Source: Akkermansia muciniphila ATCC BAA-835 (GTDB lineage: Bacteria > Verrucomicrobiota > Verrucomicrobiia > Verrucomicrobiales > Akkermansiaceae). Taken from it: DNA of 32,000 nt. Positions 17,301-24,002 of this stretch are shown here, piece after piece (position 1 is the first letter of the stretch; each line of letters begins with the position of its first letter). The position numbers and the translations under genes are program-made. The stretch spans positions 660,001 to 692,000 of the forward strand of contig NC_010655.1 of NCBI RefSeq assembly GCF_000020225.1. The letters are read 5' to 3'. The notes beneath the pieces are model-generated. The model did not search any database. It was given only the letters and a program-made list of their open reading frames with translations, and was not told where the DNA came from.

Positions 17301-18738
17301 AACAGCTTCAATGCCGGCCTGGAAGGCCGTGGCGGACAAACTGGCTGAAAAACACGGAGGCTCCATCGTCACCGTGAAAGATTCCGTATTCTCCAAGCTG
17401 GACACGCTCAAAAAAATGGCTCCACGTTTCATGGCCGTCGTCGCACGCCCGGAGGAAATAGACCGGGTGCTGGTGAATGACCTGCACCGCCTGAGCCGCC
17501 GGCTGGACGACGACCCTTACGGGGACTGTATCTGGGGCATTGTCACGGGGTACACCCCGCAGGCCGCCATGAGAATAGCCTCTGAAACGAAGCCTCTCGT
17601 CATCAGCCGTGCCATGGGAACTACCAACGTGGATTCCTCCCGATTCAAAGACAGCATGAGCATCACGGACTGGCAGCCCTTCCAATACCTGGAACAGCAT
17701 GGCTCCAAGGGCAAGGTAACGCCGGCTTTCTACACGAAAGGCCTGAAAGAACAGGACAAGGGGGATGAAACCACGCTGGGCGTAACGCCCAAGCTTATGG
17801 AATACTGGAAACGTTATTCCCCGCAGCTCTTCGTAACGGCCTCCCACGCAACCCAGTTTAATCTGGAAATGCCTTTCGGCAAGGGACTCATCGTTTCCGG
17901 CAACAACCGGTTCTACGCTCTGGACAAAAAACAATTCAGGGAATTCACCACTTTTTTGCACGGCGTGCTCTTCAACGGAAAGGAAGACGACCTTCTCTCC
18001 TTCCTTAAGAGAATTAAAGCGCCGGTGATTGAAACCAGGCCGGTTCCGGCTGTCTGGGTCGCGGCTGGGAACTGCTTGATCGGAGATGCCAAGAAGACGA
18101 AAAATTCCATGGCTGTCACCGCCCTGAGCCGCTACGGCTTCAACCAGCTGGTAGGCTACACCGTCCCTTCCTGGTATGGCAAGGGCGGCTGGGGGACGCT
18201 GGGCCTTCTGTTCAGCAATCATGACGCCTCCAGCCTGGCGGAAGCCTGGTATTTGAACAACCAGTTCATTCTGGACGAGACTATGACCCACTTCCCCAAG
18301 CTCATGGACGTCTATTTCAACTCCGCGGATATCAATGGAATCAAGGATGATCCGGACTTTGCCAGGGGCATGAACTCCGCCGGATACGGCATGGGCAAGG
18401 ACCAGCTGGGGCTTATCCACGATCGGGATACCGTGGCCTTTTACGGAGACCCCGCCTGGACGGCGCGCCTGGACGAATCCCGGGCTCCGTCCCCGTGGCA
18501 TATCGACTGGAATGACCCGGCAGATGCCTCCAAAGGGTTCACCGTCACAGCCAACAAAGACGCCAAAGGTCGCCTGGGAGTCTGGTTCCCCAATCGGATC
18601 AACGCCGGCAAGGCCACCGTCACCATTGGCGGAACCGCCACTCCCATTGAAAAGGCAGGCCTGCTGACCAACGACTTCCTGCTGCTCCGGGAACTGGAAC
18701 TCAAAAAGGGAGAAAAAGCCGTCGTGGAAATGGAATAA
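14308..18738 (+). CDS. Secreted multidomain peptidase: PqqL-like M16 zinc metallopeptidase (two M16 halves) fused through a Pro/Ala-rich linker to a roughly 500-aa C-terminal gingipain-like (C25, clan CD) domain plus a terminal beta-sandwich-like tail
   Basis: The signal peptide is MKAFTITSILAAACLF... The inverted zinc motif HFLEH is at 14584-14598, with the downstream AERGIITSEY Glu region. A second M16 pair follows, up to about nt 17140. The linker is PAAETPPAEKQADKADSPQAAVSPAA. The C-terminal domain shows His (SHA, 17845-17847) and Cys (GNC, 18073-18075) each after a hydrophobic strand, and YGDPAW near the domain end. I start at Met 14308 because the upstream 44 codons overlap lpxK. Confidence 0.9.
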   Translation: MKAFTITSILAAACLFPSYSPAGTAAGNKIQAASMQTAAGIPKQDPQLIQGKLANGLTYFIRPNAEPKGRFSIRLRVNTGSLNETDDIQGVSHFLEHMVFNGSTHFKRGEMVPAMQKEGLGLGGDANAYTAFDETVYMMDVPSMKESTVDLAFTIMRDFADGALLEESAIDAERGIITSEYKVRDSAGYRVMKEVFSIMLDGTRIPDRYPIGTLEVIRTAPREKFINYYRTHYVPSQMQLVIAGDITPEQGKAWVEKYFGSMKKDNYSFQTDRGTLKTATETTAHWITNKEATSTEASINIARPYVKKPDTVANRNKDIPLNVAYAMLNRRLEKMAKNADCPFISAEGGRMDIVEAAEVDSIQTQADYKNWKPALAAIEQELRRAIEFGFNKEELAEARSNITAAAENAIKSWATAKSEDLASAIAQSAARDKVFTTPQEDWAISREVVENLTPEQCQAALKEAWTGAFPRVIVTSNKENPQGSAEIMKAYRESQTAKVQPYQADSRKDFSYKFGDPGKVTARTETTDLGVTQLTLSNGMRVNLKPTEFDKDSINITFAVDGGELSRPEKASGLELFANAVMNGGGLKDHSNDELAAIMAGKKVGVGFSMTDRFFLLSGNTNREDLETQLQLQTAYLMHPGYRQDGVTLLRRAIPMIYNKMDHEVQGAMKKQVPAILYKNNPRFTFPTQEQLTSYQVKDVRDWVDAPLKNNYMEVTVTGDFRTEDIIPLLERTVGAVPKRAEAPATLDETLRHPAMADFNFSKDLTYDSSIDKTMVCLFWKTPGGENKKLARRLNMLKAVFYDRVFKGLREDMGETYSPSTGLNISETYPDDGYIITMSSGVMRNKEAVRSAIARIADDLGKGNITQEELDRARNPILNSMDRAQRDNGYWTSLLKDSQAKPERLNQQRESIPDVKAITVEEVNKLAKEIFGKGEHLNLNILPDHPAAETPPAEKQADKADSPQAAVSPAAFCVRATVVKTVKKDSGKNGYAIIISEETASMPAWKAVADKLAEKHGGSIVTVKDSVFSKLDTLKKMAPRFMAVVARPEEIDRVLVNDLHRLSRRLDDDPYGDCIWGIVTGYTPQAAMRIASETKPLVISRAMGTTNVDSSRFKDSMSITDWQPFQYLEQHGSKGKVTPAFYTKGLKEQDKGDETTLGVTPKLMEYWKRYSPQLFVTASHATQFNLEMPFGKGLIVSGNNRFYALDKKQFREFTTFLHGVLFNGKEDDLLSFLKRIKAPVIETRPVPAVWVAAGNCLIGDAKKTKNSMAVTALSRYGFNQLVGYTVPSWYGKGGWGTLGLLFSNHDASSLAEAWYLNNQFILDETMTHFPKLMDVYFNSADINGIKDDPDFARGMNSAGYGMGKDQLGLIHDRDTVAFYGDPAWTARLDESRAPSPWHIDWNDPADASKGFTVTANKDAKGRLGVWFPNRINAGKATVTIGGTATPIEKAGLLTNDFLLLRELELKKGEKAVVEME

Positions 18739-18780
18739 GCGTGGAAGAAAAACAAGTTGCAGGGATTTTTCCCCTTCCGT

Positions 18781-18812
18781 CGGCGGCCGGATATCCGGCC
18801 GCCGCTCTTTTT
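18781..18812 (+). terminator. Rho-independent terminator after the M16 fusion gene
   Basis: A 10-bp GC-rich stem (cggcggccgg / ccggccgccg) with loop atat is followed by ctcttttt. Confidence 0.75.
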
Positions 18813-18864
18813 CCATAGACAAGCAGCCTCCAAACATGGATACTCCCGGTAATCAATCCACCCT

Positions 18865-19398
18865 ATGACTGATTACTCCATTTTCTTTATCATCGCCGTA
18901 GTAGCGACGGGCGTGGGAGCGCTCCTGTTTCTCCTGTCCCTGTTCGGGCTGGGGGAACATGATCTGGACTTTGATGCGGATTCCGGCGGAGCGGACGTAG
19001 GGTTGCTGTCCATCAAATCCGGCATCGGCTTTTTTCTGGGCTTCGGCTGGGGCGGCGTGCTCGCCCAGGGTCTGGACTGGGGGATGGCCGCCTCCCTGGC
19101 GGCGGCTTTTTTCACCGGCGTGCTGATGTTCCTGATTATCGGCATCTCCATGCGTTTCATTATGAGCCTTAAATCAGACGGCACCCTGAATTATGAAACC
19201 CTCAAGGGAATGACCGGCTCCGTTTACATCAGCATTCCCGGAAACCTCCAACGCGGCGGACAAGTTACAATCGCCCATCCCAGCCAGCTGCTGTACCTCC
19301 CTGCCGTCCAGGAAGGGGAACATCCCCTGCCCTCCGGAACCCCGGTGGAAGTGGTAGCCGTCACTGCGGGAATCGTCACCGTCAAACCTCTTCATTAA
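18865..19398 (+). CDS. NfeD-like membrane protein, short form (YqiJ-like: TM helices plus C-terminal OB-fold barrel)
   Basis: The N-terminal half is hydrophobic and Gly-rich (FFLGFGWGGVLAQ). The C-terminus GMTGSVYISIPG..GGQVTI....G.PVEVVAVTAGIVTVKPL fits the NfeD beta-barrel. It lies 33 nt upstream of a flotillin gene, the same arrangement as E. coli yqiJ-yqiK. Confidence 0.8.
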   Translation: MTDYSIFFIIAVVATGVGALLFLLSLFGLGEHDLDFDADSGGADVGLLSIKSGIGFFLGFGWGGVLAQGLDWGMAASLAAAFFTGVLMFLIIGISMRFIMSLKSDGTLNYETLKGMTGSVYISIPGNLQRGGQVTIAHPSQLLYLPAVQEGEHPLPSGTPVEVVAVTAGIVTVKPLH

Positions 19399-19431
19399 CA
19401 AACACCCCAATCATCATACCCCAAGCCGACT

Positions 19432-20934
19432 ATGGACAAAATCATCCCCATCGCCATTCTGGTTCTCTTCATCATTCTGACCGCTTCCTGGCTGTTCAGC
19501 CGCTACCGCATGTGCCCTCCGGACAAAATCCTCATCGTCTTCGGGAAAGTAGGCACAGGCCAGCCGGCCAAATGTTACCACGGCGGCTCCACCTTCGTGC
19601 TTCCGGTTCTCCAGTCCTATAGCTACCTGGATCTGAACCCTATCAATATTGACGTGCCCCTCCAGGGCGCCCTTTCCTCCCAGAACATACGCGTGGATGT
19701 GCCCTCCTCCTTCATCGTGGGCATCTCCACCCTCCCTGAAATCATGCAGAACGCCGCTGCGCGCCTGCTGGGCCGCTCCCGGGAGGAAATCCGCAACCTG
19801 GCCGCGGAAATCATCATGGGGCAGATGCGCGTGGTGATTGCCTCCATGACCATTGAGGAAATCAATTCCGACCGCGAAAAACTCATCAAGGGCATCACGG
19901 AAGGCGTGGACGTGGAACTGCACAAAGTGGGCCTCCATCTCATCAACGCCAATATCACGGACATCCAGGACGCTTCCGGCTACATCAACGCCCTGGGCAA
20001 GGAAGCCGCTGCGCGCGCCATCAATGACGCCACCATCAAGGTGGCGGAAGAAACGCGCCGCGGGGAAATCGGCAAAGCGGAAGCGGAAAAGGACCAGACC
20101 ATCCAGGTGGCGAACGCCCGCGCCATCGCCATTGAGGGCCAGAACGAAGCCCAGATTAAAATTGCGGAATCCGCCGCCAAGCTGCAAGTGAAGCAGGCGG
20201 AGGCCAAAAAGCTGGCGGAAGTGGCCCAGAAGGTGCAGGAGGCTAAAACCCTGGAAGAAGCCTACCAGGCGGAAAAAGAAGCGGAATTGAAGCGCGCGGA
20301 ACGCGAACGCGCCACGCAGGAAGCCAACATCCTGGTAACGGCCCGCATTGAAAAGAGCCAGCGCGAAGTGCAGGCCCAGGCCACGGCGGAAGTACTCAAA
20401 CTGGAACAGGAAGGCAAGGCGCAGGCTCTGCTCATCCAGCGCAGGGCGGAAGCGGAAGCCATCCGCCAACTGGCGGAAGGCGAAGCCCAGGCTACCCTCC
20501 TGAAGAAAAAGGCGGAAGGGGAAGGCATGGAAATGGTGGGACGCGGTGAAGCGGCCGCGATTGAAGCCGTGCTGGAAGGCAAGGCCCGCGGTTTTCAGCA
20601 GATCGTCCAGGCGGCAGGTTCTTCCGAGGCCGCTTCCAACCTGCTGGTGACGGAACAGCTTACCAAGATTGTGGAGCTCCAGTCCGGCGCCATTAAGGGG
20701 TTGAAATTCGACAAGGTAGTCGTCATGGGCAATGGAGGGAACTCCTCTGTGGGAGGATTCGTCCAGAATCTGGTAAAGGATACGCTGCCCCTTCATGAAC
20801 TCGGCAAAAGCGTAGGGCTGGAATTGCCCGCTTTTCTGGGCAAACCCATGGAAGGGAAAACCGCAGCTTCCTCCCCTGCTCCCGCAGCCGATGCCCCGGC
20901 GGCAGATACCGCAACCGCCGTCAACCCGAGTTAG
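19432..20934 (+). CDS. Flotillin / SPFH (band 7) domain protein, YqiK-like
   Basis: An N-terminal membrane anchor and SPFH domain (RVDVPSSFIVGIS, EEINSDREKL) are followed by a long Ala/Glu/Lys-rich coiled coil with EA repeats and an Ala/Pro-rich tail. Confidence 0.92.
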   Translation: MDKIIPIAILVLFIILTASWLFSRYRMCPPDKILIVFGKVGTGQPAKCYHGGSTFVLPVLQSYSYLDLNPINIDVPLQGALSSQNIRVDVPSSFIVGISTLPEIMQNAAARLLGRSREEIRNLAAEIIMGQMRVVIASMTIEEINSDREKLIKGITEGVDVELHKVGLHLINANITDIQDASGYINALGKEAAARAINDATIKVAEETRRGEIGKAEAEKDQTIQVANARAIAIEGQNEAQIKIAESAAKLQVKQAEAKKLAEVAQKVQEAKTLEEAYQAEKEAELKRAERERATQEANILVTARIEKSQREVQAQATAEVLKLEQEGKAQALLIQRRAEAEAIRQLAEGEAQATLLKKKAEGEGMEMVGRGEAAAIEAVLEGKARGFQQIVQAAGSSEAASNLLVTEQLTKIVELQSGAIKGLKFDKVVVMGNGGNSSVGGFVQNLVKDTLPLHELGKSVGLELPAFLGKPMEGKTAASSPAPAADAPAADTATAVNPS

Positions 20935-20969
20935 CCCCTTCATCCCCGCCTTCCTGACGGCAACCGCCT

Positions 20970-20983
20970 CCCCCCCCCCCCCC
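20970..20983. repeat. Homopolymeric tract, C14 (G14 on the minus strand), intergenic
   Basis: Counted directly: c at 20970 through c at 20983, flanked by t (20969) and g (20984). It lies 36 nt downstream of the flotillin stop codon. Confidence 0.95.
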
Positions 20984-21418
20984 GGATAGACAGGGCAGAT
21001 CTGGACAGCATTGTCCATATTGACGCAGGGCGCATGCTGCAATGGCAAAATCCGTTCCCCGTCAACAGGGAAACGGCTCTTGAACCATAAAGGGAAAAGC
21101 AGAATGCCTGCCTTCAAGGCTAATAGGCAAAGGCCGGCAAGTACTGTGTCCTTCCACCTGCCCGGATGAACAGAAAAATATCGGCGCTTTCTGCTTTATT
21201 CCCGGTAATATCGAAAGCGGCAAGACAAGCATGCCCTCCCCAGGAGGGCGGTAAACGCCATGTTGATTTATTATCCTGCAACTGATGTTTTCATGATATT
21301 TTTCAATCTGTAATGAAATGCAGACTTCTTATGGCAAATAGCGTTATTATTCGATAATACAATTATTCTATGGCATAATATAACAAAAAGCTATAACAAA
21401 TTACTGCTTGCAGGTTCA

Positions 21419-21447
21419 TTGACAAGAAACCGGAAGCAGGTTAGGAT
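21419..21447 (+). promoter_or_regulatory. Sigma-70-like promoter candidate: TTGACA - 17 nt - TAGGAT
   Basis: A perfect -35 at 21419-21424 and a 4/6 match to -10 at 21442-21447. It sits at the 3' end of an AT-rich stretch, 26 nt upstream of the entericidin-like ATG at 21473. Confidence 0.35.
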
Positions 21448-21472
21448 ACGGCTTTCAACCTCTCTTCGACTA

Positions 21473-21619
21473 ATGAATATCAAATCCGCCCTTTTGACGC
21501 TCGCCGCAGCCCTCGCTCTCTCCTCCTGCAATACGATCAGCGGAATAGGAAAAGACGTAGAAGCCATGGGAAGCAAGATTGACAGCGCCTCCCAGGCCAC
21601 CAGCAAGTCCATGCAGTAA
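21473..21619 (+). CDS. Entericidin A/B family small lipoprotein (48 aa)
   Basis: The product is MNIKSALLTLAAALALSS|CNTISGIGKDVEAMGSKIDSASQATSKSMQ. It has a lipobox (LSSC) and a CNT..G.GKD....G..I..A core like E. coli EcnA/EcnB ([22 protein letters not shown]). I start at the internal Met of ORF 21419-21619. Confidence 0.8.
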   Translation: MNIKSALLTLAAALALSSCNTISGIGKDVEAMGSKIDSASQATSKSMQ

Positions 21620-21828
21620 GGCCCGGGAAGCGCCGGACGCTGCTTCGAGTCCTCTTTTAATGGAAAAGAGGCAGTACTTTGCTTCCTGCCATTCTGCCCT
21701 GAATGGCAGTCATCCCCATGGGATTCCCAACGAATTGGCAAGGTCCGGCTCCATCCTGCATGGAACACGCCAAACCTTTGCGGCCATCTGTAAATCAGGA
21801 CATGCGGGCGGCAGCACATTTTTTACCA

Positions 21829-21864
21829 GAAAGCCGCTTCATCCGGGTGGATGAAGCGGCTTTC
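21829..21864. terminator. Perfect 16-bp inverted repeat (gaaagccgcttcatcc / ggatgaagcggctttc, loop gggt) between convergent genes; possibly a terminator or processing hairpin
   Basis: The perfect complementarity was read directly. There is no canonical downstream U-tract on either strand (T6 lies upstream on the plus strand), so function as an intrinsic terminator is uncertain. Confidence 0.45.
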
Positions 21865-21888
21865 GTCCAAGGTCTCTACATGACCTTT

Positions 21889-22032
21889 TTACATGGCCCG
21901 GCTGGTGGAACGGGCGGCGGAATTAATGTCGCTGCCGACCGCTTCCACATCCTTGCCCACCCCGCCTATCGTATTGCAGGAAACGCACCCCAGAAGGGTG
22001 GCGATACTCAGAATAATCAATTTGCTTTTCAT
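21889..22032 (-). CDS. Second entericidin A/B family small lipoprotein (47 aa), absent from the ORF track because it falls below the length cutoff
   Basis: Hand translation of the minus strand gives MKSKLIILSIATLLGCVS|CNTIGGVGKDVEAVGSDINSAARSTSRAM, then a stop. By my count the mature part is about 19/29 identical to the 21473 gene. It has a lipobox and the CNT.GGVGKD core. Confidence 0.8.
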   Translation of the reverse strand: MKSKLIILSIATLLGCVSCNTIGGVGKDVEAVGSDINSAARSTSRAM

Positions 22033-22233
22033 CGTTTTATTGGAAGAGTTCCGAGTAATCAGACTCTATTCCTCCGCCCCCCGTTCAAAGAACCGGCAAT
22101 CATGCCACGAAGCCCCCTGTCATTCTCCGTTCTTGCCATGCGTTCCCAAAACACTTAAAAAACATGCGCCAAAGGAAAAAAATGCCGGGTGGACATTCCG
22201 CCCCATTAGGAACCATTACTATTTACTACCAAG

Positions 22234-23115
22234 ATGATTAAAGTAGCCATCGTAGGATACGGCAACATCGGGAAATACGCTGTGGACGCCTTGCGCGCCG
22301 CTCCCGATATGGAACTGGCAGGTATCGTGCGCCGCCCCGGCAGCGAAGCTGTACACGGCATCAAGACCGTAAGCGACGTGGAGGAACTGGGCCATGTGGA
22401 CGCGGCCCTGCTCTGCACCCCCACCCGCAGCGTGGAAGAAACGGCTCTGCCCCTGCTCGCCCGCGGCATCAACACAGTTGACAGCTTCGATATTCACGGG
22501 GACATCGTGGCCCTGCGCCGTTCCCTGGGAGCCCAGGCAATCAAGCATGACGCCGTCTCCATCATTTCCGCCGGCTGGGATCCCGGAACGGACTCCGTCA
22601 TCCGTACCCTGATGCTGGCCATGGCTCCCAAAGGCATCACGTACACCAACTTCGGCCCCGGCATGAGCATGGGCCACAGCGTCGTGGCGCGTTCCAAGGA
22701 AGGAGTGGCGGACGCTCTTTCCCTCACCATCCCCACGGGTTCCGGCGTACACCGCCGCATGGTTTATGTGGTGCTGAAAGAAGGAGCCAAATTCTCCGAC
22801 GTGGAATTCGCCATTAAATCAGATTCCTATTTCAGCCATGACGACACCCGCGTGCTGCAGGTGCCCGACATCGACGTGCTGAAAGACATGGGCCACGGCG
22901 TGCTGATGGAACGCAAGGGCGTTTCCGGCTCCACGCAGAACCAGATGTTCACGTTTGAAATGCGCATCAACAATCCGGCCCTGACCGCCCAGGTCATGGT
23001 GGCTTCCGCCCGCGCCAGCATGAAACTGGCCGCAGGCTGCTATACGCTGCCGGAAATTGCCCCGATGGATTTTCTGCCGGGCGACCGCGAAGAATTGATT
23101 GCCCAGCTGGTCTAA
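22234..23115 (+). CDS. ddh: meso-Diaminopimelate D-dehydrogenase
   Basis: The N-terminal Rossmann motif [30 protein letters not shown], together with SAGWDPG and GPGMSMGHS, matches Ddh of Corynebacterium and Bacteroides types. The 293-aa length fits. Confidence 0.92.
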   Translation: MIKVAIVGYGNIGKYAVDALRAAPDMELAGIVRRPGSEAVHGIKTVSDVEELGHVDAALLCTPTRSVEETALPLLARGINTVDSFDIHGDIVALRRSLGAQAIKHDAVSIISAGWDPGTDSVIRTLMLAMAPKGITYTNFGPGMSMGHSVVARSKEGVADALSLTIPTGSGVHRRMVYVVLKEGAKFSDVEFAIKSDSYFSHDDTRVLQVPDIDVLKDMGHGVLMERKGVSGSTQNQMFTFEMRINNPALTAQVMVASARASMKLAAGCYTLPEIAPMDFLPGDREELIAQLV

Positions 23116-23182
23116 CCCGGAGCATTCCGGACACACGGTACCAGGGGCGCTCCTGCCGCCCCTGTTCCGCGGGCCTTCCTTT

Positions 23183-23214
23183 ATCCTCCGGTTGAGGACC
23201 GGAGGATTTTTATT
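23183..23214 (+). terminator. Rho-independent terminator after ddh, overlapping the stop codon of the convergent L,D-transpeptidase gene
   Basis: A 10-bp stem (atcctccggt / accggaggat) with a 5-nt loop is followed by tttttatt. Confidence 0.7.
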
Positions 23215-23944
23215 GCTCCACAACGACCAGCCTGCCATTGACGGCCTTCACCCGGGCCGGAGTACGGGTCCGTTCCGTCCAGTCCCACGCTCGGGCCATG
23301 TCCGCCCAAAAGGCGGCGTGGGGAGAATCCTTTTCCTCTGACAAACGCGCCGGAGTGGGCACGAAGGGATAAATCTGCACGGGAACGTTTTTTTGCCCAT
23401 GAACCAGAGCTTGTTCCACCATGGTATAAATCTCCTCAATTCCGGAATCGGTCATCGCCAGACAGCCGATGGAAACATCCCGTCCATGCACCATGATGAA
23501 GCTTCCCGTCCGGTTCAGGGAACGGTCATAGGCATTCGGATACCCGATGTTGAAAGACAAATGGTAATTGCTCCGGGGATTAAGCCCGGACGGTTCCACT
23601 TCATAAAAACCTTCCGGTGTTTGCCTGTCCCCTTCCTTCTCCTTGGGGCCCAGTTTTCCGGACCATGCGGCAATCGGATAGCGCTTGGCAAGCATGTAGC
23701 ATTCCGATTTGTCCGGTTTCACCCACAGTTCCAGGACGGAGTCTTCCTTTACGGCCCGTAAAAACACAGGACTTCCCACCCTGGCGCCGCACGGCTCCAG
23801 AAAGGAATTCAGCACGGGCGTTACCCGTTTCCGCGCGATATCCGCACGGTTGGAGGATTTTTCTGCACATGCCATATTGAAAACCGCTACGGCGGAAACC
23901 AGCAGAACCAGCCCCAGCAAGGACAAGACTACATTCTTCTTCAT
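23210..23944 (-). CDS. L,D-transpeptidase family protein (YkuD domain, YafK-like)
   Basis: A signal peptide (MKKNVVLSLLGLVLLVSAVA) is followed by GDRQTPEGFYEV and the catalytic motif IMVHGRDVSIGCLAM (H-G..S-x-G-C). Confidence 0.88.
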   Translation of the reverse strand: MKKNVVLSLLGLVLLVSAVAVFNMACAEKSSNRADIARKRVTPVLNSFLEPCGARVGSPVFLRAVKEDSVLELWVKPDKSECYMLAKRYPIAAWSGKLGPKEKEGDRQTPEGFYEVEPSGLNPRSNYHLSFNIGYPNAYDRSLNRTGSFIMVHGRDVSIGCLAMTDSGIEEIYTMVEQALVHGQKNVPVQIYPFVPTPARLSEEKDSPHAAFWADMARAWDWTERTRTPARVKAVNGRLVVVEQ

Positions 23945-23950
23945 AAATCA

Positions 23951-23978
23951 TCTATAATGGCGGCTTTTGTTTTGACAA
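23951..23978 (-). promoter_or_regulatory. Promoter candidate on the minus strand: TTGTCA - 16 nt - TATAGA, placed so that the L,D-transpeptidase mRNA would be nearly leaderless
   Basis: The reverse complement of 23973-23978 is TTGTCA and that of 23951-23956 is TATAGA. The -10 element ends 6 nt before the ATG at 23944. Confidence 0.3.
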
Positions 23979-24002
23979 GCAGAAAACCGGCCGTTTCTCT
24001 CC

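Noticed and set aside
14407-18837. Very long minus-strand ORFs (911 aa at 14407-17142, 509 aa at 17308-18837) lying opposite the M16 fusion gene
   Set aside because: The plus strand carries clear family motifs (HFLEH and others). The antisense translations are Gly/Arg/Val/His-rich low-complexity sequence with no motifs. They are typical shadow ORFs of GC-rich genes with strong codon-position bias.
19414-21117. A 567-aa minus-strand ORF antisense to the flotillin gene
   Set aside because: The flotillin SPFH and coiled-coil reading is unambiguous on the plus strand. The antisense product is repetitive (Phe/Arg/Leu/Gly) because it mirrors the EA-rich coiled coil.
21166-21282. A 38-aa plus-strand ORF (MNRKISALSALFPVISKAARQ...) in the AT-rich region upstream of the entericidin-like gene
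   Set aside because: It has only a weak signal-peptide-like start, no lipobox or recognisable motif, and no promoter or RBS evidence. It is most likely a chance ORF.
21703-22158. A 151-aa plus-strand ORF (with neighbouring ORFs 21579-21854 + and 21391-21819 -) across the entericidin locus
   Set aside because: They have no motifs and odd composition. The region is better explained by the minus-strand 47-aa entericidin homologue (21889-22032) plus non-coding hairpins.
22033-22233. A possible lysine or DAP-responsive riboswitch upstream of ddh
   Set aside because: I could not find the conserved L-box core elements or a convincing multi-helix junction by eye. The region also has to hold the divergent promoter of the entericidin-like gene. 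A covariance-model scan would be needed to settle this.
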